Part shown: piece after piece, positions 61,863 to 64,000 of the stretch
Numbering within the stretch: position 1 is the first letter of the stretch
Layout: each line of letters begins with the position of its first letter
Source: Phycisphaerales bacterium
GTDB lineage: Bacteria; Planctomycetota; Phycisphaerae; Phycisphaerales; UBA1924
Assembly (NCBI GenBank): GCA_040219655.1
Contig: JAVJSB010000003.1
Span: 141,472-205,471 of the forward strand
Direction: 5' to 3'
DNA length: 64,000 nt
Notes under the pieces: generated by a model
Databases searched by the model: none
What the model was told of the DNA's origin: nothing
What the model saw: the letters and a program-made list of their open reading frames with translations, nothing else
Program-made: the position numbers and the translations under genes

Positions 61863-64000
61863 TCAGGAACCGTCCGACGCCGCCGCAAGCTGATCCTGGA
61901 TGCCCGCGATCAGCTCCTCGAGCGTCTCGACCGAGCTGGCCACGCTGAGCCCCGCCTCGCCCAGCTCTCGGAACCGGGTCAGCGAATCGCGGTAGCCCTG
62001 CTCGGCCAGCCGGAGGTAGGCCACCCGCTCGCGGTCGCTCTGGGCGATCGCGGCGAGCTTCTCGTTGATGTCGCCCCGGTTGTAGTCCGCGACCGCCAGG
62101 TCGCGCCGGTGCCGGACCATGTCGTCGGCCCGCAGCACCTCGCCGCGCCGATCGCTCAGCTCCTGGAAGACCGCCGCCGCCGCGTCCAGCTCGCCCAGCC
62201 CCGCGTGGGCCCGACCGACCCGGTTGAGCACGAGCCCGAGATCCCGCTGGGCTTCGAGGTTCGATTCGTCGAGCGCCAAGGCCCGGGTCAGCGCCTCCGC
62301 CTCGTCGTACCCCTTCAGCGCGTTCTGCAGCAGCTCGCGCCGCTCCTCGTCCGGCCGCCCGAGCTTCGCTGCGAGCTCCGCCCCGATCTCCGCGCCCAGC
62401 CCGAGACGGTAGAGCACGAGGTACAGATCCCGCGCGATCTGGTAGTCCTGCGGGAACTCCTCGGCCAGCGACTCGATCAGCGGCCGCGCCTGCTCGTTCC
62501 GCTCGAGCCCGGACCGCAGCGCGTCGGACGCGGCGTCCAGATCCCGATCGCCCTCGATCGCCGCCCGGGCCGCGTACATCTCCGTCTGCCCCCACGTGCT
62601 GAGCAGGACCGCGATGCCCCGGCGCTTGCCGCGCTGCTCGCCCACCGGCGCGTCGTACGCGCGCCACCCGCTCAACGCCGCTTCGTACCGCGGCGCCGCC
62701 CGATCGAAGTAATCCAGCTGGACCGCCAGGTCGCGCTCGCCGCGCCCGATCCGCGTCAGCAGATCGCCCACGCCCTTGAGCCCGGCCAGCCGGCGCGGCT
62801 CGTCGCCCAACTCCTCGGCCAGCTCGATCGAACGGTCCCACTGCGCGACCGCCTCCTCGTAGTTCCCGCGCATGTGCTCCACGCCCGCGAACCGCTCGGC
62901 GCTGTCGGCCAGCCCGCGCAGCACCCGCTCGTTGCCCGGCATCGCCGACGCCAGCTGATCGCGGATCCGCTTGGCCTCCTCGTAATAGACCATCGCCTCG
63001 TCGGTCGAGCCCGTCCGCGCCTCGTACAGCGCCCCGTGCAGGTCGCCCACCTTGTCGTTCGCGTCCGCGAGCTCGAAGAGGTACTGCGGGTCCGTGATCG
63101 CCTGCGCCTCGATCCGGTCGAGGTACTCGATCGCCTTCTTGAGCACCAGCTCGCGCGCGTCCGTCGCGCCGCGGAGGTTCTCGATCGCGTCGCTGAAGTC
63201 GAACAGGAACGTGTTCGCCAGGTCTCGGATCGCGCGGAGGTTGTCCTCGGCCCGCTCGCGCTGCTCCTCGGCGACCGTCAGGTTCTCCTCCGCGTCCGCC
63301 CGGGCCGCGTTCGCCGCGGACCACGCGCCGGTCATCCCGATGCCGAAGAGCACGGTCATGACCATCACGGTCGCCGCGAACGCCGCGGGGATCTTGTGGC
63401 GCTTGATCTGCTTGCCGATGACATACATCGCGCTGTCGCGCTTCGCCTCGATGGGCTCGCCCTCGAGGTAGCGCTTGATGTCGCGCCCCAGCTCGCCCGC
63501 GGACTGATACCGCCGGTCGCGGTCCTTCGCCAGCGCCTTGAGGACGATCGTCTCGACCTCGTCGTCGATCCGCTTGCGGATCGTGCTGGGCCTGGCCGGC
63601 TCGACGCTCACGATGTTGTCGAGCACCTCGCGCATCGTGCCCACGACCTGGTACGGGAACTTCCCGCCCGTGAGCATCTGATACAGCACCACGCCGAGCG
63701 AGTAGACGTCCGTCCGCACGTCCAGCCCGCCCGAGGCGCCCTCGGCCTGCTCCGGGCTCGCCCACGGGAGCGAGCCGATGAACTGCCCCGTCATCGTCAT
63801 CGGGCCCGAGTCGTCGATGTCGCTCTCGACGCCGACCGACGCCTTGGCGAGCCCGAAGTCCACGACGATCGGCTCCCCGTTCGCGTCGATGCGCACGTTC
63901 GCGGGCTTGATGTCGCGGTGGATCACGCCACGCAGGTGCGCCGCGTTCACCGCGTCGCAGATCGTCGCGAAGAGCTCAAGCGTCGAGCGGATGTCGGGCC
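61863..64000 (-). CDS. Ser/Thr protein kinase with TM segment and C-terminal TPR-like repeats (N-terminus beyond right edge)
   Basis: HRDIKPANV, DFGLAK and SPEQ motifs, one TM (AAFAATVMVMTVLFGIGM), then a long helical repeat region. The frame stays open to base 64000. Confidence 0.85.
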   Translation of the reverse strand, partial: PDIRSTLELFATICDAVNAAHLRGVIHRDIKPANVRIDANGEPIVVDFGLAKASVGVESDIDDSGPMTMTGQFIGSLPWASPEQAEGASGGLDVRTDVYSLGVVLYQMLTGGKFPYQVVGTMREVLDNIVSVEPARPSTIRKRIDDEVETIVLKALAKDRDRRYQSAGELGRDIKRYLEGEPIEAKRDSAMYVIGKQIKRHKIPAAFAATVMVMTVLFGIGMTGAWSAANAARADAEENLTVAEEQRERAEDNLRAIRDLANTFLFDFSDAIENLRGATDARELVLKKAIEYLDRIEAQAITDPQYLFELADANDKVGDLHGALYEARTGSTDEAMVYYEEAKRIRDQLASAMPGNERVLRGLADSAERFAGVEHMRGNYEEAVAQWDRSIELAEELGDEPRRLAGLKGVGDLLTRIGRGERDLAVQLDYFDRAAPRYEAALSGWRAYDAPVGEQRGKRRGIAVLLSTWGQTEMYAARAAIEGDRDLDAASDALRSGLERNEQARPLIESLAEEFPQDYQIARDLYLVLYRLGLGAEIGAELAAKLGRPDEERRELLQNALKGYDEAEALTRALALDESNLEAQRDLGLVLNRVGRAHAGLGELDAAAAVFQELSDRRGEVLRADDMVRHRRDLAVADYNRGDINEKLAAIAQSDRERVAYLRLAEQGYRDSLTRFRELGEAGLSVASSVETLEELIAGIQDQLAAASDGS

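Overview
Very GC-rich bacterial chromosome segment, by eye around 65-70% GC. It is densely packed with about 60 protein genes on both strands plus one tRNA-Ala(GGC). The gene content suggests a Planctomycetota/Phycisphaerae-like organism, which is inference only: PEP-CTERM-type C-terminal anchors, CxxCGY...CPECG zinc-ribbon membrane proteins, a TPR-linked Ser/Thr kinase, PPi-dependent PFK and lipoproteins.

Most genes are housekeeping:
- rsgA, pepF, cca, ribBA, pfp, queD, ppk1, fbaB, gmhB plus a GT9 heptosyltransferase
- a complete argR-argC-argB-argF-argG-argH-(short NAGS) operon
- astB, nhaA, and an ABC/FtsX exporter with a DUF3299 partner

The most unusual locus is 20.7-26.2 kb. It holds a compact phage-head module (portal, coiled-coil scaffold, HK97-like/SU10-type major capsid protein and small accessory genes). 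No terminase, protease, tail, integrase or lysis enzyme is visible, and it is wedged between metabolic genes.

The second layer of signal is non-coding:
- A mosaic system of intergenic hairpin modules joined by a CAGATTCC linker. Two copies lie in-frame inside coding sequence.
- A family of GTGCC-capped (double) hairpins whose stems covary, placed 2-25 nt after stop codons.
- 7-nt-periodic TGA arrays that start at or just after stop codons on the coding strand and close all three frames.

A single roughly 1.1 kb low-GC island carries an orphan secreted protein. No CRISPR array, rRNA, transposase or integrase was seen.
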